A stretch of 64,000 nt of DNA from an uncultured Pseudomonadota bacterium (lineage in GTDB: Bacteria > Oederibacteriota > Muellerivitia > Muellerivitales > Muellerivitaceae), in the NCBI GenBank assembly GCA_963770835.1, contig CAVYRH010000026.1:448001-512000 (forward strand), given 5' to 3'. Made by a program: the position numbers and the translations under genes. Shown here piece by piece: positions 49,349 through 58,548 of the stretch (the first letter of the stretch is position 1; each line of letters begins with the position of its first letter). A model generated the notes under the pieces. That model saw only the letters and a list, made by a program, of their open reading frames with translations, was not told the origin of the DNA and did not search any database.

Positions 49349-51238
49349 GTGGCCGCTTTTACCTGCCGCGAATGCGGCAACATCTTGGAATCCGAGTTCC
49401 GGTTTTGCCCTATTTGCGGGGCCGGCCATGAGCCGTTGGAAAAGGCCACCGAGGAGGGGATAGCCGCCTTCGAGGAGGGCGAATATGAAAAGGCCCTCCA
49501 GCTTTTCAAATCTGTGGCCCAGAAACAGCCTTTCAGCGCCTTCGCCCTGCGGGACGTGGGCCATGCCGCCTTCCATCTCCAGGATTTCAACACCGCGCTG
49601 GAGTATTACGACAAGGCGCTGAAAATCCACCCGAACCTCCTGGACGTCCATTTCAACATAGGCCTTATCCACATGAATCGAGGCCATGTGACCGACGCCA
49701 TGTTTTCGTTCCTGGAGACGCTGCACCTGAACCATCCCCTGACGCCGGGCAGTTACTACCTGGGGCTTTTCCATACCCAGGAAACCCTGGTCTTCCAATG
49801 CCGGCTGAACCTCGGTGTGCTTTTCCGCCAGAGGGGGGAATTGGAAAAAGCCCTGGAACAATACCAATTGGTCCTGGCCGCGAGCCCCAAGAACGTTTTG
49901 GCCATGGCGAGCCTGGGGGACTGCCTCATGGCCCTGGAACGTTTCGACGAAGCCATCAAGATTTACAAAAGGGCCCTGAAGGTCCTGCCGGAGGGGGAAG
50001 AAAAGCTGAACATCCAGAACGACCTGGGCATCTGCTATTTCAAGAAAGGGGAATTGGAAAAGGCCATCGCGGAATTCAAGGCGGTCCTTAAAAAAAACCC
50101 CGACCACGTGAACGCCATCTACAACCTGGGTCAGGTTTACTACCACGAGGGACTGACGGGGCGAATGAAGGAGGATTACGAGGAATTTGTGAAGTCCTCC
50201 AAGAACGCGGCCTCCATTCTTTTCGCCCTTTCCAAATCCATGGTGTCCGTGGCGGCCGCCGGCAAGAACCGTCCCACCGGGGAAAATTCCTTGATCGGCG
50301 ACAGCGCCCCCATGCGGCACATCCAGGACCTCATCAAGCGGGCGGCGGCCAGCGACGCCACTGTCCTCATTTTGGGCGAAAACGGCACAGGGAAGGAATT
50401 GGCGGCCCGTTCCGTCCACCAACAATCGAGCCGTCACGACAAGCCCTTCGTGGCCCTGGCCTGTTCGGCCTTGAGCGAATCCCTTTTGGAAAGCGAGCTT
50501 TTCGGCCATGAGAAAGGGTCTTTTACTGGCGCCATCGGCCAAAAGATGGGGAAGTTCGAGGTTGCCAACCAGGGCACGGTTTTCCTGGACGAGATTGGGG
50601 AAATTTCCCTTTCCACGCAGGTCAAACTCCTGCGGGTCCTCCAGGAAAGAGAATTCGAGCGAGTCGGCGGCACCCAGACGGTAAAGGTGGATATCCGGGT
50701 CATTGCGGCCACGAACCGGGATTTAAAGCGGGCCATCCAGGAAGGAAAGTTCCGGGAGGACCTTTTTTACCGCCTGAACGTGATCGTCATCGAAATGCCG
50801 CCGCTCCGGGAGCGGGAGGGCGACTTTCTCCTCTTGATCCGCTATTTCCTGGACCGCCTGAAGGCCAACCGGCCAACGCGGTTCGAGAGTGTTTCGAGGG
50901 AAGCCCTGGGGCTCATGCAGCGCTACCGTTGGCCGGGCAATGTGCGGGAGCTGGAAAACGTCATTGAGAGGATAGTCACTTTGAACGACGACGTGGTCAT
51001 CAAGCCTGAGCATCTGCCCCAAGAAATGACAGGTTCTCCGGCCACGGTTATACCCATCGAGAGCGCCTTTTTACTTCCTAAAGCTGGTGTTTTAGAATCG
51101 GTGGAAAAAGACATGATCTTGAGAGTCTTAAAGGAATCCCATTTCAACAAGAAGCAGGCGGCCAACCGATTGGGGATCAGCCGCCCCACGCTTTATCAAA
51201 AAATAAAGAAATATGGGATAGGCGCAGGTAGTAGCTAA
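49349..51238 (+). CDS. Sigma54-dependent enhancer-binding protein with N-terminal zinc ribbon and TPR array
   Basis: CRECG...FCPICG; about six TPRs; [51 protein letters not shown] and [10 protein letters not shown] motifs; Fis-type HTH ([11 protein letters not shown]). Confidence 0.93.
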   Translation: MAAFTCRECGNILESEFRFCPICGAGHEPLEKATEEGIAAFEEGEYEKALQLFKSVAQKQPFSAFALRDVGHAAFHLQDFNTALEYYDKALKIHPNLLDVHFNIGLIHMNRGHVTDAMFSFLETLHLNHPLTPGSYYLGLFHTQETLVFQCRLNLGVLFRQRGELEKALEQYQLVLAASPKNVLAMASLGDCLMALERFDEAIKIYKRALKVLPEGEEKLNIQNDLGICYFKKGELEKAIAEFKAVLKKNPDHVNAIYNLGQVYYHEGLTGRMKEDYEEFVKSSKNAASILFALSKSMVSVAAAGKNRPTGENSLIGDSAPMRHIQDLIKRAAASDATVLILGENGTGKELAARSVHQQSSRHDKPFVALACSALSESLLESELFGHEKGSFTGAIGQKMGKFEVANQGTVFLDEIGEISLSTQVKLLRVLQEREFERVGGTQTVKVDIRVIAATNRDLKRAIQEGKFREDLFYRLNVIVIEMPPLREREGDFLLLIRYFLDRLKANRPTRFESVSREALGLMQRYRWPGNVRELENVIERIVTLNDDVVIKPEHLPQEMTGSPATVIPIESAFLLPKAGVLESVEKDMILRVLKESHFNKKQAANRLGISRPTLYQKIKKYGIGAGSS

Positions 51239-51240
51239 AG

Positions 51241-51286
51241 TGTAAAATTATTATACAACTTTAATAAAATGTAATTTAATTTTACA
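51241..51286. promoter_or_regulatory. Tandem upstream activator sequences
   Basis: TGTAAAATTATTATACA (51241-51257) and TGTAATTTAATTTTACA (51270-51286), both TGT-N11-ACA. Confidence 0.7.
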
Positions 51287-51360
51287 TATGGAGTAAACCT
51301 AAGGATTTGGAATACGTTGAAAATGTGGCCTTTTTCCTCTTTTGTGGATCTTCAACGGCC

Positions 51361-51376
51361 TGGCACAGACATTGCT
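51361..51376 (+). promoter_or_regulatory. Sigma54 (-24/-12) promoter
   Basis: TGGCAC-AGACA-TTGCT matches the consensus TGGCAC-N5-TTGCW. Confidence 0.85.
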
Positions 51377-51386
51377 CTTTATGACA

Positions 51387-51476
51387 TTGAAGCTGGCTGG
51401 CGACAACTAGCGAGCTTCTAAACAAATCAAAACTCACCTCCTAAAGCCTCGGTCCGACCCACCGGGGCTTTTTTTT
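51387..51476 (+). ncRNA. Predicted sigma54-dependent small RNA (~90 nt) with an anti-SD seed
   Basis: 5' hairpin GAAGCT.GCTGG / CTAGC.AGCTTC; A/C-rich single-stranded linker ending TCACCTCCT; terminator AAAGCCTCGGT / ACCGGGGCTTT plus T run; no ORF downstream of the predicted start. Confidence 0.7.
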
Positions 51477-51540
51477 GCCTTTTTTAAGGGTTCCCAGGGC
51501 CTTTTGGGGCTTTTTCCCTTTGTGTTATAGTGCCTACCGA

Positions 51541-51615
51541 CAGTTGGCAGGTGACAGTTGGCAGTCGGCAGCCTAAAGATTTTACTGCGAACTGCGGACT
51601 GTCGACTGCGGACTG
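51541..51615. repeat. 7-mer tandem inverted-repeat element (CAGTYGG/ACTGCGG); half-copy at 10643-10673
   Basis: CAGTTGG CAGGTGA CAGTTGG CAGTCGG CAG ... CTGCGAA CTGCGGA CTGTCGA CTGCGGA CTG. Confidence 0.7.
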
Positions 51616-51625
51616 CTTTGGGAGG

Positions 51626-52723
51626 ATGCCCCTGGACGCCAACTGGATCTTATTCATCGTCACTTTCGCCCTTTCCCTGGGGTTGACACCCCTCTTCCGT
51701 AAAATCGCCCTCCGTTCCAACTACATGGATAGCCCCGTTGGCCAGTTAAAAAAACACACGGCTCCGGTGCCTTACCTGGGCGGGCTGGCCATTTATTTTT
51801 CCTTCCTCCTGGGAATCCTGGGAGTCCTTATCCTAGCCCAGCCCTCCGATTCACCCCGGGCCCTGGCCATCCTCGCCGGGGGGACCGTGGTGGCCCTGAT
51901 GGGCCTAGCGGACGACCTTTTTTCACTGGGCCCGGCGGTCAAGTTCCTCTTTGAAATCCTAGCCGCCGTTCTCTTGATCCTCTTCGGCGTGCAGTTGGAG
52001 TTTCTACCCAGCCACCCCGTCCTGGGCTGGCTTTTGACGGTCCTTTGGGTGGTGGGAGTGACCAACGCGGTCAACCTCATCGACATCATGGACGGCCTGG
52101 CGGGCGGTGTTTCGGTGATCGCCTGCCTGGGTTTCGTGCTCGTGCCCTTCCTGGGGGCCCAAAGCTACGTCCACCTGACAGCGGCCGCACTAGGGGGCAG
52201 CGTCCTGGGCTTCCTGCCCTATAACTACCAGCCCGCCCGGATCTACATGGGTGACTCAGGGGCGCTTTTCCTGGGTTTCGTGCTGGCGGCCATTGCCATG
52301 GGACACGGCTATACCCAGGTGAACATCGTAGGCCTTTGCGCGCCGCTGTTGATCCTCGGCATACCCCTTTACGACACGGTCCTGGTAATGGTACTGCGGT
52401 TTCTTAAGGGCCGGTCGATGTTCCGGGGTTCCAACGACCACCTGGCTTTGCGGTTGCGCGCCCTAGGTTTGACGGTGAAGCAGGTCGTCGGCCTGCTTTG
52501 GGCCCTTTCGGCCATCCTGGCGGCCTCGGCCGGGTTCCTGGTGCGGCTCTCGGAGAAGCGGGCCCTGGTCTTGATGGTGTTTTTTTCCTTCGTCGTGCTT
52601 TTGTTCACGGTGGTCGTTTCCAGCATCCGCATTGACGAGGGCCCGAAGAGAATTAAAGAAAATCCCTTCCGCGTTTTCCTGGAAAAGGCGCCTAAAACCC
52701 GACGCCGGGCGAGGCGGAAATGA
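51626..52723 (+). CDS. WecA/TagO-like polyprenyl-phosphate GlcNAc-1-phosphate transferase (MraY family)
   Basis: PYLGGLAI, GLADD, NAVNLIDIMDGLA, YMGDSG and DHL motifs. Confidence 0.9.
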   Translation: MPLDANWILFIVTFALSLGLTPLFRKIALRSNYMDSPVGQLKKHTAPVPYLGGLAIYFSFLLGILGVLILAQPSDSPRALAILAGGTVVALMGLADDLFSLGPAVKFLFEILAAVLLILFGVQLEFLPSHPVLGWLLTVLWVVGVTNAVNLIDIMDGLAGGVSVIACLGFVLVPFLGAQSYVHLTAAALGGSVLGFLPYNYQPARIYMGDSGALFLGFVLAAIAMGHGYTQVNIVGLCAPLLILGIPLYDTVLVMVLRFLKGRSMFRGSNDHLALRLRALGLTVKQVVGLLWALSAILAASAGFLVRLSEKRALVLMVFFSFVVLLFTVVVSSIRIDEGPKRIKENPFRVFLEKAPKTRRRARRK

Positions 52724-54033
52724 AAGTCGAAACCCTGATCGCCGGGGGCGGGCTTGCCGGGCTTTCCTGCGCCCGCGAACTTCATCGGGCTTCCCGTCAT
52801 TATCTTTTGGTGGAAAGGGAAAAGGAAACGGGCGGCTTATGCCGCACGGTTTTCGACCGGGGCTTCACCTTCGATTACACCGGTCATTTCCTCCATTTTC
52901 AAAAAAATGAAATAAAGAAATGGGTTCTGGACCTGGTGGGGAATGAATTAAAAACCCGCACCCGCCACGCGGTTATCTACAGCCGGGGCAGTTACAGCGA
53001 ATATCCCTATCAGGAAAACAACGCGGGACTTCCTTCAGACGTAGTGCGGGAGAACGTGCTGGGCTACCTGGAAGCCGTCCTTCACCGCCGTTTCATGGGT
53101 GTGGAACCCTCAAAGGCTCCTGACTTTAAAACCTGGTGCCTCCAGGCTTTTGGGCCAGGCCTTTCCCGCCATTTCATGTTTCCCTATAACGAAAAACTCT
53201 GGAAGGTTCCGCTTTCCAAACTCACCACCCATTGGATGGGGCGGTTTGTACCGTCGCCCCGCGTTTTGCAGGTGTTGAAGGGGGCCTTCACCCGGCAGTC
53301 CTCCGCATCGGGATATAACGCCACCTTTTTATACCCGGACCAAGGGGGCATTTCCATCCTGCCCCGGGCCATCGCGCAAAACCTGCCCAACCTTTGGAGG
53401 GGCGTGGGCCTGAAAAAGCTGGACCTCGTCCAGCGCAAAGCCATCCTCACCTCGGGGTTGGAAGTTCGGTTTGACCGGCTGGTGTCCAGCCTTCCGCTCC
53501 ACCGGTTGGCAGCCCTCACTGTAGGGATGCCGCTGTCCCTGGCCAAGTCCGCCCGGAAGCTTCGGGCGACCTCCATCTACAACATCAACCTGGGCATCCG
53601 CGGCAAACAGCCAGTTCCCTACAGTTGGGTTTATTTTCCCGAAAGGGAGGTTGGGTTCCACCGGGCGGGTTCGGTGTCCGCCTGCGTTCCCACCGTCGTC
53701 CCCCAGGGCCACGCCTCGATTTACGTAGAGTTCTCCTATCGGGGAACAAAACCCGATGCCGGGAAGCTGGGGAAACACGCCGTTAGGAAATTAAAGGAAT
53801 TAGGCTGGATCAAGGGCGAAAACCAAATCGTGACACGGGTGGACCTGAACTTGCCCGGAGCCTACGTGATTTACGACGCCAAAAGGGATGAAACGGTGGA
53901 GGGCCTTCTTTCCTATTTCCGCAAAAACCAGGTCCATTCCGTGGGCCGCTACGGGAGATGGGAGTATGGGAGCATGGAGTCGGCCATTGAGCAAGGCCTC
54001 CAAGCCGCCCATGAAATCCTAGGGAACCATTGA
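52720..54033 (+). CDS. FAD-dependent oxidoreductase (protoporphyrinogen oxidase / UDP-galactopyranose mutase-like)
   Basis: GGGLAG Rossmann motif; GGLCRT, FDYTGH, PYNEKLW, FLYP..GG and GRYGRWEY motifs. Confidence 0.8.
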   Translation: MKVETLIAGGGLAGLSCARELHRASRHYLLVEREKETGGLCRTVFDRGFTFDYTGHFLHFQKNEIKKWVLDLVGNELKTRTRHAVIYSRGSYSEYPYQENNAGLPSDVVRENVLGYLEAVLHRRFMGVEPSKAPDFKTWCLQAFGPGLSRHFMFPYNEKLWKVPLSKLTTHWMGRFVPSPRVLQVLKGAFTRQSSASGYNATFLYPDQGGISILPRAIAQNLPNLWRGVGLKKLDLVQRKAILTSGLEVRFDRLVSSLPLHRLAALTVGMPLSLAKSARKLRATSIYNINLGIRGKQPVPYSWVYFPEREVGFHRAGSVSACVPTVVPQGHASIYVEFSYRGTKPDAGKLGKHAVRKLKELGWIKGENQIVTRVDLNLPGAYVIYDAKRDETVEGLLSYFRKNQVHSVGRYGRWEYGSMESAIEQGLQAAHEILGNH

Positions 54034-54116
54034 AAGCAGGGCCCCATTCCCGAAGAAAAGGGAAGCCTTCGGAAGGCATGCTATAATCACCGGCAACTTA
54101 TTCTCAACGAGGCAAT

Positions 54117-54569
54117 ATGGCTCCTCCTTTAGATCTTGAAACCCTCAAGCCGCTGCCGCTCTTTAAAGACCTCACTTCCTCCGAACTCGCCAACATCGCC
54201 ACGCTTTTTTTCGAGAAATCCTACATGCAAAACGCGACCCTGTTCGTGGAGGGCATGACGGGCGAAATCCTTTACATCATTAAGAAGGGGACGGTCCATA
54301 TCACCAAGAAGGGTTCCAACAACCAGGACATCGTCCTGGCCACACTGAAGGAAGGTGAATTCCTGGGGGAAATGTCCCTCATCGACAACCGGCCCCGGAC
54401 CGCCACCGCCAAGGTGGCGGAGGAATCCCTGCTTTTGGTCATGACCAAGAAGGCTTTCACCACCCTTTTGGAGAAACATCCGGATATTGCCTTGAAAATC
54501 CTATTGGTCTTCTTGAAAATAGCCAACGAGCGCCTGAGGAAGGCCAACGAGTCCATCAAACAGGTCTGA
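54117..54569 (+). CDS. Stand-alone cyclic-nucleotide-binding domain protein
   Basis: GEFLGEMSLIDNRPRTATA phosphate-binding cassette; no HTH; TGcTATAAT extended -10 at 54079-54087. Confidence 0.88.
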   Translation: MAPPLDLETLKPLPLFKDLTSSELANIATLFFEKSYMQNATLFVEGMTGEILYIIKKGTVHITKKGSNNQDIVLATLKEGEFLGEMSLIDNRPRTATAKVAEESLLLVMTKKAFTTLLEKHPDIALKILLVFLKIANERLRKANESIKQV

Positions 54570-54676
54570 CGCGTCTAATATCAGCGGCGAAATCCCGGGA
54601 AGCCCCGGGCTGGGCTTTATTATTGCGAAACGGTTTTGATCGCCTCAGGATTAAATACTCAAAACGGACTGTCTCC

Positions 54677-56425
54677 ATGAAAAAGAAACTTCATCTCTTG
54701 ACCGCGCTTTTTTTGGGCGCGGGGCTCTGGCTTTTTTCCTTCAGCTTCCTCAAGGCGGAGATCGACGGGGAGGAATTGTCCGTTGACCCGCGATCTTACT
54801 GGTACTACGCCTGCGCCTTGTACGCCCAGCGTGTAGGCGACCCGAGCCAAGCCCTTTCCGATTTCCAACAGGCGGCCCGTTACGACCCCAAATCCTCCGC
54901 CATCCATGACCGCCTGGCCTACCATTACTACATGGAGGGATTGGAATACAAAAGCGTAGAAGAACTCCAGAAATCCATCGACTTGAAGCCGAACAACACC
55001 GATACCCGGAAGATGTTGGCCCAGCTTTTCGCCAACCAGGGAGAGTACGGCAAGGCCCAAAAGGAATACCAGGAAGTCCTCCAGATCGACCCCAAGGACC
55101 TCGAGGCGCGCTATTACCTGGCGGGAGTTCTGGCCAGCCAGAACCACGTCGACGACGCCTTACAACAGTATGATGTCATCCTCCAGGACAACCCCAAGGC
55201 CGCCGGCGTTTACTACAACATGGGGTTGATTTACACCCGCGCCAACCAGGCCACCAAGGCGGAAGAATCCTTCAAGAAGGCCATCGAATTGGATCCCGAA
55301 ATGGAGGCCGCTTATACCTCCCTTGGCCTGATTTACGAGCTGGACCAAAAACCCAAGGACGCCATCGACGCCTACCAATCCCTCTTGAAGGTGAACCCGG
55401 ACAATGCCCAGGTTTACCTGGCAATGGGCGAGCTTTACTACAACAACAAGGAAGACCAAAAGGCCCTGGACGCCTTCCAAAATTATTCCCGGTTGAAACC
55501 CGACGACTCGACGGTGGATGACTATATCGGCCTGTGCTATTTCCGCCTGGAGCAGTTCCCCAAGGCCATCGCCAGCTTCCAGAAACTCCTGGACAGTGAG
55601 CCGGCTAACGCGCTGGTGCGCTTCCGCCTGGCGGCGGCCTACGAGGAGATGAAGGATTACGACTCGGCGGAGGAACAACTGGCGGCCGTCCTCAAGAACG
55701 ACGACAAATCCGTAGACGCCTGGGTCCGGCTGGTCCTGCTTTATGACAAGCAGAAAGACATGGTGAACGCCCAAAAGACCGTTACGGACGGGCTCAAGGC
55801 CCTGCCCGACCATCCCGACCTCCTCCTGATCCAGGCCATGCTGTACCAGGAGCAGGAAAATCCCGATAAGGCCGGCCCCCTTTACCTCGAAGTCATCGGC
55901 ATCGAAATGGTCTACAAGCACAAGCAGGCCCCCGAATATAACGTGGGCACCCTGAGCCAGGCCCATTTCAACCTGGGGGCGCTCCTGGACAAAAAAGGCA
56001 AGTTCAACGAGGCCATCGACGAGATGAAAAAAGTCATCGAAGTCCAGCCCGACAACGCCGACGCCTACAATTACATCGGCTATTCCTACGCCGACAAGGG
56101 CATCCAGCTGGACGACGCCCAACGATACGTACAAAACGCCGTCAAATTGGACCCCGGAAACTCCTATTACCTGGACAGCCTGGGCTGGGTTTACTTCAAG
56201 CAGGGAAAATTCAAGGATGCCCAAGAGCAATTGGAAAAGGCCATCGCCAACCTCAAGACCGCGCTCAAGGACGACGCGGTGATTTATGACCATCTGGCCC
56301 AAACGCTGATGAAGCTGGGACAAAAGGACGAGGCCGTTGCCCAATGGAAGAAGGCCTTGAAACTGGACCCCGACAACAAGGATTATTCGGCAAATATCGA
56401 GAAGAACTCCTCCTCCGACTTGTGA
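54677..56425 (+). CDS. Exported TPR repeat protein
   Basis: Signal peptide MKKKLHLL...; many TPRs; NYIGYSYAD, YLDSLGWVYFK and DHL motifs typical of TPR proteins upstream of ispE. Confidence 0.88.
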   Translation: MKKKLHLLTALFLGAGLWLFSFSFLKAEIDGEELSVDPRSYWYYACALYAQRVGDPSQALSDFQQAARYDPKSSAIHDRLAYHYYMEGLEYKSVEELQKSIDLKPNNTDTRKMLAQLFANQGEYGKAQKEYQEVLQIDPKDLEARYYLAGVLASQNHVDDALQQYDVILQDNPKAAGVYYNMGLIYTRANQATKAEESFKKAIELDPEMEAAYTSLGLIYELDQKPKDAIDAYQSLLKVNPDNAQVYLAMGELYYNNKEDQKALDAFQNYSRLKPDDSTVDDYIGLCYFRLEQFPKAIASFQKLLDSEPANALVRFRLAAAYEEMKDYDSAEEQLAAVLKNDDKSVDAWVRLVLLYDKQKDMVNAQKTVTDGLKALPDHPDLLLIQAMLYQEQENPDKAGPLYLEVIGIEMVYKHKQAPEYNVGTLSQAHFNLGALLDKKGKFNEAIDEMKKVIEVQPDNADAYNYIGYSYADKGIQLDDAQRYVQNAVKLDPGNSYYLDSLGWVYFKQGKFKDAQEQLEKAIANLKTALKDDAVIYDHLAQTLMKLGQKDEAVAQWKKALKLDPDNKDYSANIEKNSSSDL

Positions 56426-57312
56426 TTTCCCAGGTTACCCTCCGCACCCCCGCGAAGATTAATCCCGTCTTAGAAGTCCTAGGCAGGCGCCCGGACGGCT
56501 ACCACGAGCTAGCCTTGGTCTTCCAGGCTATCGGCCTTTTTGATGAACTGGAGTTTGTCCGTGGTGGAAACGGGTTACGGGTGGAAATCCTGGAATCCCC
56601 TTCGCCCCTGGCCGTGGATGATTCCAACCTGGTGGTGAAAGCCGCCCAGCTTTTCCTCAAGGAAGTCCTGAAAGGGGGGGCGGATATCCTGATCCGCCTG
56701 CGGAAAAAGATTCCCCTGGCGGCGGGTTTGGGCGGGGGTTCCAGCGACGCGGCGGCGACGATCATAGGTTTGAACCTGGTTTTCAATGCCATGACATCTC
56801 CCGAAGCCTTGGAATCCCTGGCCGCCCAATTGGGCTCTGACGTGCCTTTCTTTTTAACCGGCGGCATCGCCCTAGGAACGGGCCGGGGGGAAGTCATTAC
56901 CCCCTGGGGGGCGGCACCTAAAATGCCGCTGGTGCTGGTCAAGCCCAGCCAAGGTCTCTCCACTCCGGCCGTGTACCAGTCTGGGAAAGCGGTTTTCAGT
57001 TCCGGGAAAAAGACGGGCGAGTACCAGGTTCTCTTGCGTGAAAAAAAATTGCCTAAAATCGCAGGTTCTTTGTTTAATAGCCTCCAGCCGGCCGCCTTTT
57101 ATTTGATGCCCGAAGTGGAAGCCCTTCAAAAGCAGCTGGTTCAGGCGGGAGCCTTGGGAGCCCTAGTCTCCGGCAGCGGGCCCACGGTTTTCGGCATCGC
57201 CGAAAACAAGGCGGCCGCGGAAAAGATCGCCGTTCAAATGGAAAGTGAAGGCCGCACGGTCTTGGTCACCCAAACTATTGGAACTGGTATTCAGGTAATG
57301 GAAAAGAAATGA
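56422..57312 (+). CDS. ispE: 4-diphosphocytidyl-2-C-methyl-D-erythritol kinase
   Basis: PAKIN, DGYHEL, IPLAAGLGGGSSDAA, LGSDVPFF and SGSGPT motifs; GTG start overlaps the upstream TGA. Confidence 0.95.
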   Translation: MISQVTLRTPAKINPVLEVLGRRPDGYHELALVFQAIGLFDELEFVRGGNGLRVEILESPSPLAVDDSNLVVKAAQLFLKEVLKGGADILIRLRKKIPLAAGLGGGSSDAAATIIGLNLVFNAMTSPEALESLAAQLGSDVPFFLTGGIALGTGRGEVITPWGAAPKMPLVLVKPSQGLSTPAVYQSGKAVFSSGKKTGEYQVLLREKKLPKIAGSLFNSLQPAAFYLMPEVEALQKQLVQAGALGALVSGSGPTVFGIAENKAAAEKIAVQMESEGRTVLVTQTIGTGIQVMEKK

Positions 57313-58331
57313 ACCAAAACGGTTTAAAGAAAAAAAACCATATCATCCTCAAGATCCTCTCGGCGGTTCTAGTTGTCCTTTTGGGGGCCGGCCTATACTT
57401 CATCTATAACGTCCTGCCCGAAAAAGTGGCCGAGGGCATCATGGCTAAGGCCCAGGTCCGCCAACCCTTGACCGAGACACCGAAGGATTACGGAATTACA
57501 AACTACCAGGATATCACCTTTACCACCTCGGATGGGGTGACCCTTTCAGGCTGGTGGCTGCCGGTGCAAGCCTCTAAAAAGCCGCTAGGGACCATTCTTC
57601 TCACCCACGGGGTTTTCAAAAACCGCCAGCAGGTCCTAGGCCGGGCGGTGTTCCTATCGAAGTTGGGCTACCAGGTGCTCCTTTTCGACCTGAGGGGAAA
57701 CGGTTTGAGCGGGCCAAGCCCGGTTTCGGGAGGCCTTTTGGAGGCCAATGATTTCCTGGCAGCCGAGCAGTTCCTGGAAGGAAAACATGAATTGAAAAAG
57801 CCAGTGGTCTTCTTTGGCTTTTCCCTGGGAGCCATCACAGCCCTGCGGGCGGCGGCCAAGGCAACCCTCATCGACGCGGTCATCGCCGACAGCCCCCTGG
57901 CCAATATCAAATCCTACGTTTCCCGCCGAACCATCGGGGGCGCTTTTACCTCCCTGCCGGGGTTCCTTTCCCAATGCCTGAAGGATTACGACCGGCTGAC
58001 CGGTCTTACCCTTACCGAAAAGGACCTGGATCTGATGCCTGTGGTGGAACAGTTGGGTGAAACCCCCGTGCTATACATCACGGGGGAGGGCGACGACCTG
58101 GCCAAGTCCAACGAAGTCCAGCAGCTTTTCCAACACACTTCGGCCCATCACCGCAGACTGGCTTACATGCCCGACTCGGGGCATGAGGAGACTTACAAGA
58201 AATACCCGATGATTTATGAGAAATTAGTGGCGGGGTTTTTAACGGATTTGCGGAACGGATTTCCCAAACCGGAGGAATGGTCGGGGGGAAAGCCGGTGCC
58301 GACGGCGGGTGTTTCGCAGGCCCACCCTTAA
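57309..58331 (+). CDS. Membrane-anchored alpha/beta hydrolase
   Basis: DGVTLSGW, HG, GFSLG nucleophile elbow, downstream Asp and His. Confidence 0.85.
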   Translation: MNQNGLKKKNHIILKILSAVLVVLLGAGLYFIYNVLPEKVAEGIMAKAQVRQPLTETPKDYGITNYQDITFTTSDGVTLSGWWLPVQASKKPLGTILLTHGVFKNRQQVLGRAVFLSKLGYQVLLFDLRGNGLSGPSPVSGGLLEANDFLAAEQFLEGKHELKKPVVFFGFSLGAITALRAAAKATLIDAVIADSPLANIKSYVSRRTIGGAFTSLPGFLSQCLKDYDRLTGLTLTEKDLDLMPVVEQLGETPVLYITGEGDDLAKSNEVQQLFQHTSAHHRRLAYMPDSGHEETYKKYPMIYEKLVAGFLTDLRNGFPKPEEWSGGKPVPTAGVSQAHP

Positions 58332-58332
58332 A

Positions 58333-58527
58333 TCAAACGGCGGGCGTATTTCCTAGGCCGGTCAACAGGCCCTTCACGCGGGCCGCTTCCTCGGGCTTCA
58401 GGTTGACCTTATTTCCATCCAAAAGCACCAATTCATGCACGTTCTTAGCATCCCTCAATAAGATGATGTTGGCGGTATTAAGGGTGTATTCCACCCCCAC
58501 CGCGTCTGTCACACTCAAAAAAGACAT
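58333..58527 (-). CDS. Small hypothetical protein, 64 aa (weak FlbD-like pattern)
   Basis: AAGGAGG RBS; 21-nt gap from the upstream gene on the same strand. Confidence 0.6.
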   Translation of the reverse strand: MSFLSVTDAVGVEYTLNTANIILLRDAKNVHELVLLDGNKVNLKPEEAARVKGLLTGLGNTPAV

Positions 58528-58548
58528 CGATTCCTCCTTGTTCGAACC

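Noticed and set aside
51381..51410. Mini-ORF MTLKLAGDN overlapping the predicted sRNA
   Set aside because: Its ATG lies upstream of the expected sigma54 start (~51387) and has no RBS. It would need revisiting if the mapped start differs.
15823..51625. Extended N-termini in the ORF track (15823, 27371, 42829, 46141, 51530 and similar)
   Set aside because: They run through intergenic repeats or leaders; downstream starts fit RBS positions and family lengths better.
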